From: Lachnospiraceae bacterium
GTDB taxonomy: Bacteria; Bacillota; Clostridia; Lachnospirales; Lachnospiraceae
Reading direction: 5' to 3'
NCBI GenBank assembly: GCA_963617435.1
Contig: CAVEOS010000003.1
Coordinates: 318-64,317 of the forward strand
Length of the DNA: 64,000 nt
Shown here piece by piece: positions 48,394 through 57,366 of the stretch. Both the position numbers and the translations under genes were made by a program. Positions within the stretch are counted from its first letter, which is position 1, and every line of letters starts with the position of its first letter. The notes beneath the pieces were generated by a model. It searched no databases. It saw only the letters and a list, made by a program, of their open reading frames with translations, and was not told the origin of the DNA.

Positions 48394-49155
48394 ATGGCAA
48401 ATTATAAAATTATCATTCAATATGATGGAACCCGTTACAAAGGCTGGCAGCGTCAAAAGACCACAGATCAGACCATTCAGGGGAAAATCGAAGCAATTTT
48501 GAGCAGACAATATGGACGGACCATTGAAATCGATGGTTCCGGGCGGACCGATGCCGGGGTGCATGCCCACGGACAGGTGGCAAATTTCCGGATTCCGGAG
48601 GCCTGCTGTGAGGGAAAGACACCGGAGGAAGTGTGTGGAGATCTGAAAGTTATTTTTGCGCAGTATCTGCCGGAGGACATTGCGGTGGTTGATGTGCGTG
48701 TCGCTTCGGAGCGTTTTCACAGCCGTCTGAATGTGGTGAAAAAAACGTATGTGTACCGCATCTGGAATGCGGATTATCCGAATGTGTTTGAACGGAAATA
48801 TATGCTGCATGATCCGCAGGAAATGAATGTGGAAGCCATGCAGGCAGCAGCGGAATATCTGCTTGGAAAGCATGATTTTGCGGCATTTTGCGGAAATGCG
48901 AAAATGAAGAAATCCACGGTTCGAACCATTCATGAAATCGAGATCAGACGGATCGGTGAGGAGATCCGTTTTACATATACCGGAAACGGCTTTTTGCAGA
49001 ATATGATCCGAATCGTCACAGGAACCCTTGTGGACGTGGGAACCGGTGTGTATCCGCCGGAGCATGTGGCGGAAATCCTGGAGGCAAAGGTGCGGGCCAA
49101 TGCAGGACCGACCATGCCGGCCCAGGGACTGACGCTTTGGGAAGTAGTCTATTAG
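48394..49155 (+). CDS. truA: tRNA pseudouridine(38-40) synthase
   Basis: 253 aa. YDGTRYKGWQRQ and the catalytic GSGRTDAGVHA motif. Confidence 0.9.
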   Translation: MANYKIIIQYDGTRYKGWQRQKTTDQTIQGKIEAILSRQYGRTIEIDGSGRTDAGVHAHGQVANFRIPEACCEGKTPEEVCGDLKVIFAQYLPEDIAVVDVRVASERFHSRLNVVKKTYVYRIWNADYPNVFERKYMLHDPQEMNVEAMQAAAEYLLGKHDFAAFCGNAKMKKSTVRTIHEIEIRRIGEEIRFTYTGNGFLQNMIRIVTGTLVDVGTGVYPPEHVAEILEAKVRANAGPTMPAQGLTLWEVVY

Positions 49156-49326
49156 ATGAGAGATGACTCCCACCTCTATAGGCGGTGAGTAACAAGATTA
49201 TATCAGTGGTGGGATTCAATCTCCCATCTAATATAGCCTCCGGAAGGATTGCAGAGATGCGCAGAAGAATTATGGCATGCGTTACATGACGCGCATCTCG
49301 CAACAAGAATGTCGAGGACATTCTTG
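49153..49326 (+). repeat. three consecutive hairpins downstream of truA
   Basis: Hairpin 1 pairs 49153-49174 with 49208-49230 (imperfect, ~22 bp). Hairpin 2 is gagatgcgc/gcgcatctc (49254-49299). Hairpin 3 is caagaatgtc gag gacattcttg (49304-49326). None has a T-run. Confidence 0.6.
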
Positions 49327-49426
49327 AATAAAGTGTATACACAGTGGAATAATTTTGTGGTTTATAGAAAATAGAAATAAGATATTTTATTGAAACACTG
49401 AAAATTGGAAAAACGAGGAAGAAAGT

Positions 49427-51196
49427 TTGAAAGAAAAATGGGTTGTATCAGCGAAAAAGGCTGATTTTCAGGCAATTGGACAGAAATTCGGCATTGACCA
49501 GGTCGTTGCGCGGATCATGCGAAACCGTGGTCTGACAGATCTGCATGAGATGGAACTGTATCTGCACGGCGGCAGAGTGGACCTGCACGATCCCCATCTG
49601 CTGAAAGACGTGGATCTGGCGGGACAGATCATTCAGACAAAGATTGCTGAGAAAAAACACATCCGTATCATCGGAGATTATGACATAGACGGAATCCAGT
49701 CCACCTATATTTTATACAGTGCGCTGCGCCGCCTGGATGCTGAGGTGGATTTTGTGATTCCTGACCGGATTTTGGACGGATATGGACTGAATGAGCATCT
49801 GGTGACGAGAGCACATGAGGACGGAGTCGATACGATTCTGACCTGTGATAACGGCATTTCCGCCATTGACCAGATCCATCTGGCAAAAACATTTGGCATG
49901 ACCGTGGTGGTGACGGATCACCATGAAGTACCTTATACAGAAGAAAATGGCATACGCGTGGAAAAACAGACGGAGGCAGATGCCACAGTAAATCCAAAGC
50001 AGAAAGCCTGTGGATATCCATGCAAGGAGTTATGTGGAGCGGCGGTTGCCTTCAAAGTTGTACAGGTATTGTATGAAGCGGCGGGGCTCAATCCGTCGGA
50101 GGCGGACTGCTTTATTGAAAATGCCGGTTTTGCCACGGTGGGAGATGTTATGAACCTGCAGGGGGAAAATCGGATCCTGGTAAAATTGGGACTGGAAATG
50201 CTGAACCATACCACAAATATCGGCATGAAGGCGTTGATCCTGCAAAATGGTCTGGAACTGGGGAATCTAAAGTCTTACGATATCGGATTTAAGATCGGTC
50301 CCTGCCTGAATGCCAGCGGACGTCTGGACACGGCACGTTTATCCTTGAAACTGCTGCTCTGCGAATCAGAGACAGAAGCTGCTGTCATGGCGCAGGAGAT
50401 CGTGGAATTAAACGAGAGCCGGAAGCTTCTGACTGCGGATGCAGTAAAGCAGGCAAAGGAAATTGCGGGACAGGAGGAATATGCGAAGGACCGTGTACTG
50501 GTGATCTTTTTGCCGGATTGTCATGAAAGTCTCGCAGGAATCGTGGCGGGACGTATCCGGGAGGCATATCACCGGCCGACGCTGGTGATCACCCGCAGCG
50601 AAAACGGGGCAAAAGGTTCCGGCCGATCCATCGAGGCCTATTCCATGTATGAGGAATTATGTAAATGCGAGCAGTATCTGACGCAGTTTGGCGGACATCC
50701 GATGGCCGCCGGTTTTTCCTTGAAAGAAGAAAACATTGACGCATTCCGAAAAGCACTGAATGAGACATGTACCCTGACGGAGGAGGACCTGATCCCGAAG
50801 GTGGTCGTTGATGTTCCGATGCCGATCAGCTATATTTCCGAAGGACTGATCCAGCAGCTTGGACTTTTGGAGCCTTTCGGAAAAGGTAATGAAAAACCGG
50901 TATTTGCAGACCGGAACCTGACCATTGAGCGTCTGCGCATCTGCGGCAAAGAAGGCCGGGTATTTCAGATGCAGCTGCGAAACAGTGCAGGAATTTCCGT
51001 GGATGCGGTATATTTTGGCGATGCGGAAGATATTCTGTTACCATTAGAGGAAAAATATGGTAAAGTAGTGGCACAGGATACGCTTGCGGGACGGTGCATC
51101 CACAATGCATCCCTGCATTTTACCTATTATCCGAAAATTGACACTTATTATGCGACCCCGCGGATCAAATTAACGTTGACAGGGGTATCAGCCTGA
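49427..51196 (+). CDS. recJ: single-stranded-DNA-specific exonuclease RecJ
   Basis: 589 aa with a TTG start 8 nt after gagga. DHH motifs (IIGDYDIDGI, TCDNG, VTDHH) and a DHHA1 region (GGHPMAAG). Confidence 0.9.
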   Translation: MKEKWVVSAKKADFQAIGQKFGIDQVVARIMRNRGLTDLHEMELYLHGGRVDLHDPHLLKDVDLAGQIIQTKIAEKKHIRIIGDYDIDGIQSTYILYSALRRLDAEVDFVIPDRILDGYGLNEHLVTRAHEDGVDTILTCDNGISAIDQIHLAKTFGMTVVVTDHHEVPYTEENGIRVEKQTEADATVNPKQKACGYPCKELCGAAVAFKVVQVLYEAAGLNPSEADCFIENAGFATVGDVMNLQGENRILVKLGLEMLNHTTNIGMKALILQNGLELGNLKSYDIGFKIGPCLNASGRLDTARLSLKLLLCESETEAAVMAQEIVELNESRKLLTADAVKQAKEIAGQEEYAKDRVLVIFLPDCHESLAGIVAGRIREAYHRPTLVITRSENGAKGSGRSIEAYSMYEELCKCEQYLTQFGGHPMAAGFSLKEENIDAFRKALNETCTLTEEDLIPKVVVDVPMPISYISEGLIQQLGLLEPFGKGNEKPVFADRNLTIERLRICGKEGRVFQMQLRNSAGISVDAVYFGDAEDILLPLEEKYGKVVAQDTLAGRCIHNASLHFTYYPKIDTYYATPRIKLTLTGVSA

Positions 51197-51303
51197 GGGC
51201 ATACTGTTTACAGACAGATGATTTATATTCTGATTGAAAATGCTCACTTTTATAAATGAATAAAAGAGTGAGAAAGCAGTGCCTGTAAAAAAGGAGGAAC
51301 AGT

Positions 51304-52233
51304 ATGAAAGGATTTTTACGAAGAGGACTGGCTGTGGTTCTTTCAGCCGTTATGGTGATGGGACTGACCGTCAGCGCGTTTGCGGGAAACAGTGACAGCG
51401 AGGCGAAAACACAGGTGACCATCGAGGATGGCGACACACCGTATATTTCATTTGGTGCAGACCTGCGTGCGGACGAGAAAGCCAAAGTTCTGGAACTTTT
51501 TGGAATTACAGAAGCGGATCTGGAAAAATGCGATGTAAATACCGTGACAAATGCGGAAGAACATCAGTATCTGGATGCTTACATTACAAATGATCATATT
51601 GGAAGCCGTGCATTATCTTCCGTAGCTGTTATGAAAGCGAAAAAAGGAAGCGGTATCACCGTTACCACAAAAAATATCAATTATTGTACCACAAGCATGT
51701 ATGAAAATGCCCTGGCAACCGCCGGCGTGGAAGATGCAAACGTCATTGTTGTGGGACCTTTTGATATGTCAGGAACGGCAGCGTTGATCGGAGCCATCAA
51801 GGCATACTCTGGAATGACAGGCGAGGATGTGGATACCGATGTCATCGACGGTGCTATCAACGAGATCGTAGTCACCGGTGAGATTGGCGATGAGACAGGA
51901 AATACCGATGAGATTGCTGGTATGGTAGCTTATCTGAAAGATCAGGTAGGCGGCAAAAATCTGTCCGACAGTGAGATCACGGATGCTATTGACCAGGCTT
52001 CTGAGAAATTTAATGTCAGTCTGACACAGGATCAGATCGATCAGTTGCTGGCTTTACTGAAAAAACTGCAGGGACTGGATCTTGACTGGGGTAATCTGAA
52101 AAATCAGGCGCAGAACCTGTATGGAAAATTAAAAGATAGAGGGCTGAACATTGACACCGCGGCTCTTGGTCAGCAGGCCCAGGGATTTTTCGCAAAAATC
52201 ATTGCATTTATCAAGAGTCTGTTTAACCGATAA
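51304..52233 (+). CDS. secreted DUF1002-family protein
   Basis: 309 aa with a signal peptide. YISFGADLRADEKAKVLELFGITEADL is typical of DUF1002. Confidence 0.7.
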   Translation: MKGFLRRGLAVVLSAVMVMGLTVSAFAGNSDSEAKTQVTIEDGDTPYISFGADLRADEKAKVLELFGITEADLEKCDVNTVTNAEEHQYLDAYITNDHIGSRALSSVAVMKAKKGSGITVTTKNINYCTTSMYENALATAGVEDANVIVVGPFDMSGTAALIGAIKAYSGMTGEDVDTDVIDGAINEIVVTGEIGDETGNTDEIAGMVAYLKDQVGGKNLSDSEITDAIDQASEKFNVSLTQDQIDQLLALLKKLQGLDLDWGNLKNQAQNLYGKLKDRGLNIDTAALGQQAQGFFAKIIAFIKSLFNR

Positions 52234-52343
52234 GACAGAATGAAAGAATCACTGACAGAATATCAGAGAAGAGCGTGATTTTTACATTTGCAGATGGGAA
52301 ATGATAATGCTAAGGATATTTTGTCAGATAGAGTGGAGGAAAT

Positions 52344-53096
52344 ATGGAGGCATATACAGAATTTGCACAGGTTTATGAAACATTCATGGACAACGTACCC
52401 TACGAAGAATGGTGTGAGGGAATCTGCAATATTTTACAGGAACACGGCATTCGGGATGGACTGGTGCTGGATCTGGGCTGCGGAACCGGCACGATGACGC
52501 GTCTGCTGCGAAAAAAAGGATATGACATGATTGGCGTGGATGCATCTGCGGAAATGCTTGAGATTGCCAGAAATCATCCGGACGAGGGGATTTTATATCT
52601 GCAGCAGGATATGCGGGAATTTGAGTTATATGGTACTGTGGCAGCTGTCGTTTGCGTCTGTGACTCCCTGAACTATCTGCTGGAAGAGGAAGATCTGGGA
52701 CAGGTATTTTCCTTGGTGCACAATTATCTGGATCAAAATGGAGTCTTTATTTTTGACATGAATACGATCCACAAATACCGGGATGTGATCGGGGATTCCA
52801 CGATCTGTGAAAACAGAGAAGACAGCAGTTTTATCTGGGAAAACTATTTTGACGAGGAGAGCAGCATCAATGAGTATGCGCTGACCTTGTTTGTAAAACA
52901 GGAAAACGGTCAGTATGAGCGGTCAGAGGAGTTCCATTACCAGAAGGCTTATGCGCTGGAGCAGGTGGCTGTTTTACTGAAAGCGGCCGGTCTGACACTG
53001 GTGGCTGTCTGTGAGGAAGGCACCACGGAAAAACCGGGGGCAGACTGTGAGCGTGCTTATTTTGTAGCCGTGCGCACACAGCCACATATATTTTAA
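52344..53096 (+). CDS. class I SAM-dependent methyltransferase
   Basis: 250 aa with motif I (VLDLGCGTGTMT). Confidence 0.8.
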   Translation: MEAYTEFAQVYETFMDNVPYEEWCEGICNILQEHGIRDGLVLDLGCGTGTMTRLLRKKGYDMIGVDASAEMLEIARNHPDEGILYLQQDMREFELYGTVAAVVCVCDSLNYLLEEEDLGQVFSLVHNYLDQNGVFIFDMNTIHKYRDVIGDSTICENREDSSFIWENYFDEESSINEYALTLFVKQENGQYERSEEFHYQKAYALEQVAVLLKAAGLTLVAVCEEGTTEKPGADCERAYFVAVRTQPHIF

Positions 53097-53099
53097 ACA

Positions 53100-53251
53100 A
53101 ATTAAGGAAGTCCTCTGCTTTAATTGCGTAAAGCAATAAGCAGAATGGACTTTCTTATATCAGGAGGGGGTGATCCTCTCCTGATAAGTTGCGTAGCAGC
53201 TATTTGGTTATGAGCAAGTAGCGAAAGCGGATTGCGAATATCTGCTTAATG
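53100..53251 (+). repeat. composite Rep-C + Rep-B repeat
   Basis: aattaaggaagtc...ttatatcaggagggggtgatcctctcctgata is related to 57166-57257. It is followed by tatgagcaagtagcgaaagcggattgcgaatatctgcttaatg, which is related to 28942 and 58184. Confidence 0.65.
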
Positions 53252-53290
53252 TTACAGTAGTATAATTTAGTAAGAAAAGGAATGAGAAAT

Positions 53291-54163
53291 ATGGATGACT
53301 ATATTGTAAGAGCAACGGCAGCGGACAGTTCGATCCGTGCTTTTGCCATGACTTCAAAAGGAATTGTAGAGGAGGCCCGTCAGCGCCACAACACAAGCCC
53401 GGTCGTAACCGCAGCGCTTGGACGTCTGCTTACCGGCGGTGCCATGATGGGCGTGATGATGAAAGGTGACAAGGATCTGCTTACCGTTCAGATCCAGTCC
53501 AGCGGACCGATGAAAGGTATGACTGTGACAGCGGATTCACAGGGACATGTCAAAGGTTACCCGGTGGTAAATGATGTTATGCTGCCGCCAAACAAACAGC
53601 ATAAACTGGACGTTGGTGGAGCTGTTGGTGTCGGCATGATGCGTGTCATCAAAGATATGGGACTGAAAGAACCATATGTGGGAACCACAGTGCTGCAGAC
53701 CAGTGAGATCGCAGAAGATCTGACCTACTATTTTGCAACATCTGAGCAGGTTCCGTCCTCCGTGGGACTTGGTGTTCTGATGAATAAGGACAACACTGTG
53801 CGTCAGGCTGGTGGATTCATCATCCAGCTGATGCCATTTACCGATGAGAAGATCATTGATGCGTTGGAGAAAAAGTTATCCGAGATTACTTCCGTGACAA
53901 ATCTGCTGGAAGAGGGACATACCCCGGAGAGCATGCTGGAGTACATTTTGGGCGATTTCGGCGTGGAGATCACAGAGAAGATCCCGGCATCTTTCTACTG
54001 CAACTGCTCCAAAGAACGTGTGAAAAAAGCAATCATCAGCATCGGCAAAAAAGACCTGAATGAAATGATCGCGGATGGCAAACCAATCGAGGTAAAATGC
54101 CATTTCTGTAATACTGCATACACATTCAGTGTGGAAGAATTGAAGGAGATCGTACGCAAATGA
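53291..54163 (+). CDS. hslO: redox-regulated chaperone Hsp33
   Basis: MDDYIVRATAAD start, and the C-terminal zinc centre CNCSKERV...CHFCNTAY. Confidence 0.9.
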   Translation: MDDYIVRATAADSSIRAFAMTSKGIVEEARQRHNTSPVVTAALGRLLTGGAMMGVMMKGDKDLLTVQIQSSGPMKGMTVTADSQGHVKGYPVVNDVMLPPNKQHKLDVGGAVGVGMMRVIKDMGLKEPYVGTTVLQTSEIAEDLTYYFATSEQVPSSVGLGVLMNKDNTVRQAGGFIIQLMPFTDEKIIDALEKKLSEITSVTNLLEEGHTPESMLEYILGDFGVEITEKIPASFYCNCSKERVKKAIISIGKKDLNEMIADGKPIEVKCHFCNTAYTFSVEELKEIVRK

Positions 54164-56148
54164 GACAGGGATTTATCAAAGTAGCAGCCCTGACACCGAA
54201 AGTGACGGTGGCTGATACAAAAACAAACCGGGAAGAGATCTGCCGACTGATGGATGAGGCAGAACAGAAAGGAGCAAAGATTCTGGTATTTCCGGAGCTT
54301 TGTATTACCGGCTATACCTGTGGGGATCTGTTTTGTCAGCAGGTATTGCTGCGGGAGGCAAAAAAAGAGCTTCTGGCCATTGCAAAATATACAGAACGCA
54401 AAGACTATCTGGCTTTTGTAGGACTTCCGCTGGAATATAACGGAAAACTTTACAATGTGGCAGCGGCTGTGGCACAGGGAAAAGTACTTGGTCTGGTGCC
54501 AAAGACACATATTCCGAATTACAATGAATTTTACGAGCGCAGACATTTTGTATCGGGCATGAAAAATCCGGTCCCGGTAGCGCTTGATGAGGATACTATC
54601 GTTCCGATGGGAACAAAAATCCTGTTCCAGTGCAGACAGATGCCGGAACTGAAGATCGGTGCGGAAATCTGTGAGGATGTATGGGCACCGAACTCGCCGG
54701 GAGTAGAACATGCTCTGGCAGGAGCAACTGTGCTGGTAAATCTTTCCGCCAGTGATGAGACAACCGGAAAAGATATGTACCGAAAAAGTCTCGTGACAGG
54801 ACAGGCCGGTCGACTGATCTGTGGTTATATTTACTGCAGCGCCGGTGACGGAGAATCCACTCAGGATGTGGTTTATTCCGGTCATAATCTGATCGCAGAG
54901 AATGGTACACTGCTGGCAGAGTCCAGACGTTTCTGCAATGAGAGCATTTATACGGAGCTGGATATTGCCAGACTGAATGAGGAGCGCCGCCGTATGAGCA
55001 CGTTTGTGACATCGGACGAGTCTTATATCAACATCGAGTTCAGCTTAAAAGAAGAAAAAACAGAGCTGACCAGATTTGTGGATCCGGCACCTTTCGTACC
55101 GGGCAACAAAGCAGACCGTGAGAAACGCTGCGAGGAAATTTTCATGATCCAGGCTATGGGACTGAAAAAACGTCTGGAACATACCCATGCGGCAACCGCC
55201 GTGGTTGGTATTTCCGGAGGTCTGGATTCCACTCTTGCACTGCTTGTTATGGTAAAAGCGTTTGATCTGATCGGCAAGGACCACAAAGATATCGTGTCTG
55301 TGACCATGCCTGGTTTTGGAACCACAGACCGTACTTACGATAATGCGGTAAGTCTGATCCATTCTCTGGGAGCAACCTTCCGCGAGGTCAGCATTGTGGA
55401 TTCTGTGCGGGTACATTTCAAAGATATCGGTCAGGACGAGGCAGTGCATGATGTGACTTACGAAAACGGACAGGCTAGAGAGCGTACACAGATTCTGATG
55501 GATATTGCAAACAAGAGCGGCGGTATGGTCATCGGAACCGGTGATATGTCAGAACTTGCCCTTGGATGGGCGACCTATAACGGCGATCATATGTCTATGT
55601 ACGGCGTCAATGCATCCGTGCCGAAGACACTGGTACGTCATCTGGTGCGGTATTATGCGGATACCTGCGGGGATGAGACGCTGCAGCGCGTGCTGTATGA
55701 TGTACTGGATACACCGGTCAGCCCGGAACTTCTGCCGCCGGAAGATGGCAAGATTTCCCAGAAAACAGAGGATATTGTGGGACCGTATGAGTTACATGAT
55801 TTCTTCCTGTATTACATTCTGAGATTCGGATGTACACCGAAAAAGATCTACCGTCTGGCAAAATATGCCTTTGACGGAACTTATGATACAGAGACGATCC
55901 AGAAATGGCTGAAAACATTCTATCGCAGATTTTTCAGTCAGCAGTTCAAACGTTCCTGCCTGCCGGATGGACCGAAGGTTGGTACTGTAGCGGTATCTCC
56001 GCGTGGAGATCTGCGTATGCCGTCCGATGCCAGCGCACGGATCTGGATGGAAGAACTGGAGCATCTGGAAGAGGACGAGCAGCCGGTTTCACAGGGAATT
56101 TTGGGCGGAAGCTGGGAGGAGTTCGCTGCACGGATGAATCAGCAGTAA
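54160..56148 (+). CDS. nadE: glutamine-dependent NAD(+) synthetase
   Basis: 662 aa. It has an N-terminal nitrilase-like domain (FPELCITGYTCGDLF, EICEDVW) and a synthetase domain (GISGGLDSTL). The start overlaps the hslO stop (ATGA). Confidence 0.9.
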   Translation: MRQGFIKVAALTPKVTVADTKTNREEICRLMDEAEQKGAKILVFPELCITGYTCGDLFCQQVLLREAKKELLAIAKYTERKDYLAFVGLPLEYNGKLYNVAAAVAQGKVLGLVPKTHIPNYNEFYERRHFVSGMKNPVPVALDEDTIVPMGTKILFQCRQMPELKIGAEICEDVWAPNSPGVEHALAGATVLVNLSASDETTGKDMYRKSLVTGQAGRLICGYIYCSAGDGESTQDVVYSGHNLIAENGTLLAESRRFCNESIYTELDIARLNEERRRMSTFVTSDESYINIEFSLKEEKTELTRFVDPAPFVPGNKADREKRCEEIFMIQAMGLKKRLEHTHAATAVVGISGGLDSTLALLVMVKAFDLIGKDHKDIVSVTMPGFGTTDRTYDNAVSLIHSLGATFREVSIVDSVRVHFKDIGQDEAVHDVTYENGQARERTQILMDIANKSGGMVIGTGDMSELALGWATYNGDHMSMYGVNASVPKTLVRHLVRYYADTCGDETLQRVLYDVLDTPVSPELLPPEDGKISQKTEDIVGPYELHDFFLYYILRFGCTPKKIYRLAKYAFDGTYDTETIQKWLKTFYRRFFSQQFKRSCLPDGPKVGTVAVSPRGDLRMPSDASARIWMEELEHLEEDEQPVSQGILGGSWEEFAARMNQQ

Positions 56149-56159
56149 TGTTTGATTCA

Positions 56160-56272
56160 GGTTGCAAGAAATTTCTGAATGGGATAAATATTTAGCGGGC
56201 TGCATAAAATTCCTGATGCAGATAAATACTTAGTAGGCTATGTAAAGTCTCTGAATGGAACAATTCAACAGG
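56160..56272 (+). repeat. three tandem ~38-nt degenerate repeats related to the Rep-A left arm
   Basis: Units begin at 56160, 56198 and 56236 (ggttgcaagaaatttctgaatgggataaatatttagcg / ggctgcataaaattcctgatgcagataaatacttagta / ggctatgtaaagtctctgaatgg...). Confidence 0.6.
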
Positions 56273-56843
56273 ATGCACAGTGATTCTGGGATGAATATGT
56301 CAGTTTACGCTGATTGAAAATGCAGGATATATCATAGGATTCGAACTGATATAGTGCATTGAGCATACGAAAACCTGCGATACACAGTTCGTGCAGAAAG
56401 CTACGTTTGTATTCATTTTGGAGCAGGTGGTATTCCACATTGAGATAGCGGTGCACCTGTCCGAGCCGGATGGATTCAAGGAACTGGATGTTGTAAGGAA
56501 CATGTAAGGTGAGCTGTTCCGGAATACGGTATTGCTGGCAGAGTCTGTTGGTTTCCGGTTCCTGGCAGGGAAAGTAATCCAGAATGGCGTAGCAGACGTT
56601 GGAAAACGGCATGTGGCCATTGCAGAAAAACGAATAAAAATAAGCAGAAGCAGCAGGCAGACCGATAACAACAAGGTCTGCCTGTTGTAGTAAATGCATG
56701 GTGCGAGGGTCGCTGCGGGACTGAAAGTCCATGCACTGGATGTCACCATATTTCTGAAAAAACGGGATGAAATAGTCTAGACAGAATTGCGGGTGGATGG
56801 TCCGGATGGGACACCAGAATGCGATGATGTATGATTTTTTCAT
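56265..56843 (-). CDS. hypothetical Cys-rich cytoplasmic protein, family not recognised
   Basis: 192 aa from ATG 56843 (MKKSYIIAFWCP...). The ORF is long for an AT-moderate genome. There is no obvious SD, and it is flanked on both sides by repeats. Confidence 0.5.
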   Translation of the reverse strand: MKKSYIIAFWCPIRTIHPQFCLDYFIPFFQKYGDIQCMDFQSRSDPRTMHLLQQADLVVIGLPAASAYFYSFFCNGHMPFSNVCYAILDYFPCQEPETNRLCQQYRIPEQLTLHVPYNIQFLESIRLGQVHRYLNVEYHLLQNEYKRSFLHELCIAGFRMLNALYQFESYDISCIFNQRKLTYSSQNHCASC

Positions 56844-56957
56844 AAATAGATTTCTAAAAGATAAAGACATGTTTATTATATATCTGCACATACGAAATGT
56901 AAAGCTAAATTTATAATTTTGTATAGAGTGTTTTGTGGTAAAAATTTATGTTGTGAA

Positions 56958-57133
56958 GAGAAAAGAAAGAATCCTGTCATGACAGCTAGTCGTGCACTGC
57001 CCTCGTTTTGCTTCGGTTTTATCGCGCTCACTTCCACGCTCCTATAAAAGCTGGTCGGTTCCCGCTCGCGCAAAACTCGCAAAACTCAGTCGTTTACTTA
57101 ATCGCTTGCCCTGACAGGATTCTTTCTTTTCTC
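56958..57133 (-). repeat. Rep-D element copy 2 (inverted relative to copy 1): 123-nt core (56985-57107) inside perfect 22-bp copy-specific inverted arms
   Basis: The arms are gagaaaagaaagaatcctgtca (56958-56979) and tgacaggattctttcttttctc (57112-57133). tgacag is present on both sides of the core (56980-56985 and 57112-57117). Confidence 0.8.
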
Positions 57134-57165
57134 AATTTACAGTATCCTGATTTTTTCAATTTACC

Positions 57166-57257
57166 AATTAAGGAAGTCTTATACATTAAGTGTGTGAAGT
57201 TGATAAGTGGTGCGAATTGTTTTATATCAGGAGGGGATATGAGTCCCTTCCGAATAT
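57166..57257 (+). repeat. Rep-C repeat, copy 2
   Basis: aattaaggaagtctt...gtggtgcgaattgttttatatcaggaggggatatgagtcccttccgaatat. Confidence 0.6.
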
Positions 57258-57366
57258 TAGAGTATTTTATTTAGTATGATTTGACACATGTTTCTGTGAA
57301 TCATTGCATTTTTACTTTTTTAGAAAATGTATTTTGGAAAATAGGTGTCTTTTTTAGCGGGGCTAT

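Noticed and set aside
48064-49173. 369-aa ORF antisense to asnS and truA.
   Set aside because: It is a shadow ORF spanning two conserved housekeeping genes plus their intergenic region. The same reasoning applies to 19702-20484, 28234-28977, 36195-36824, 40704-41471, 53995-54885, 58781-59404 and 61193-61951.
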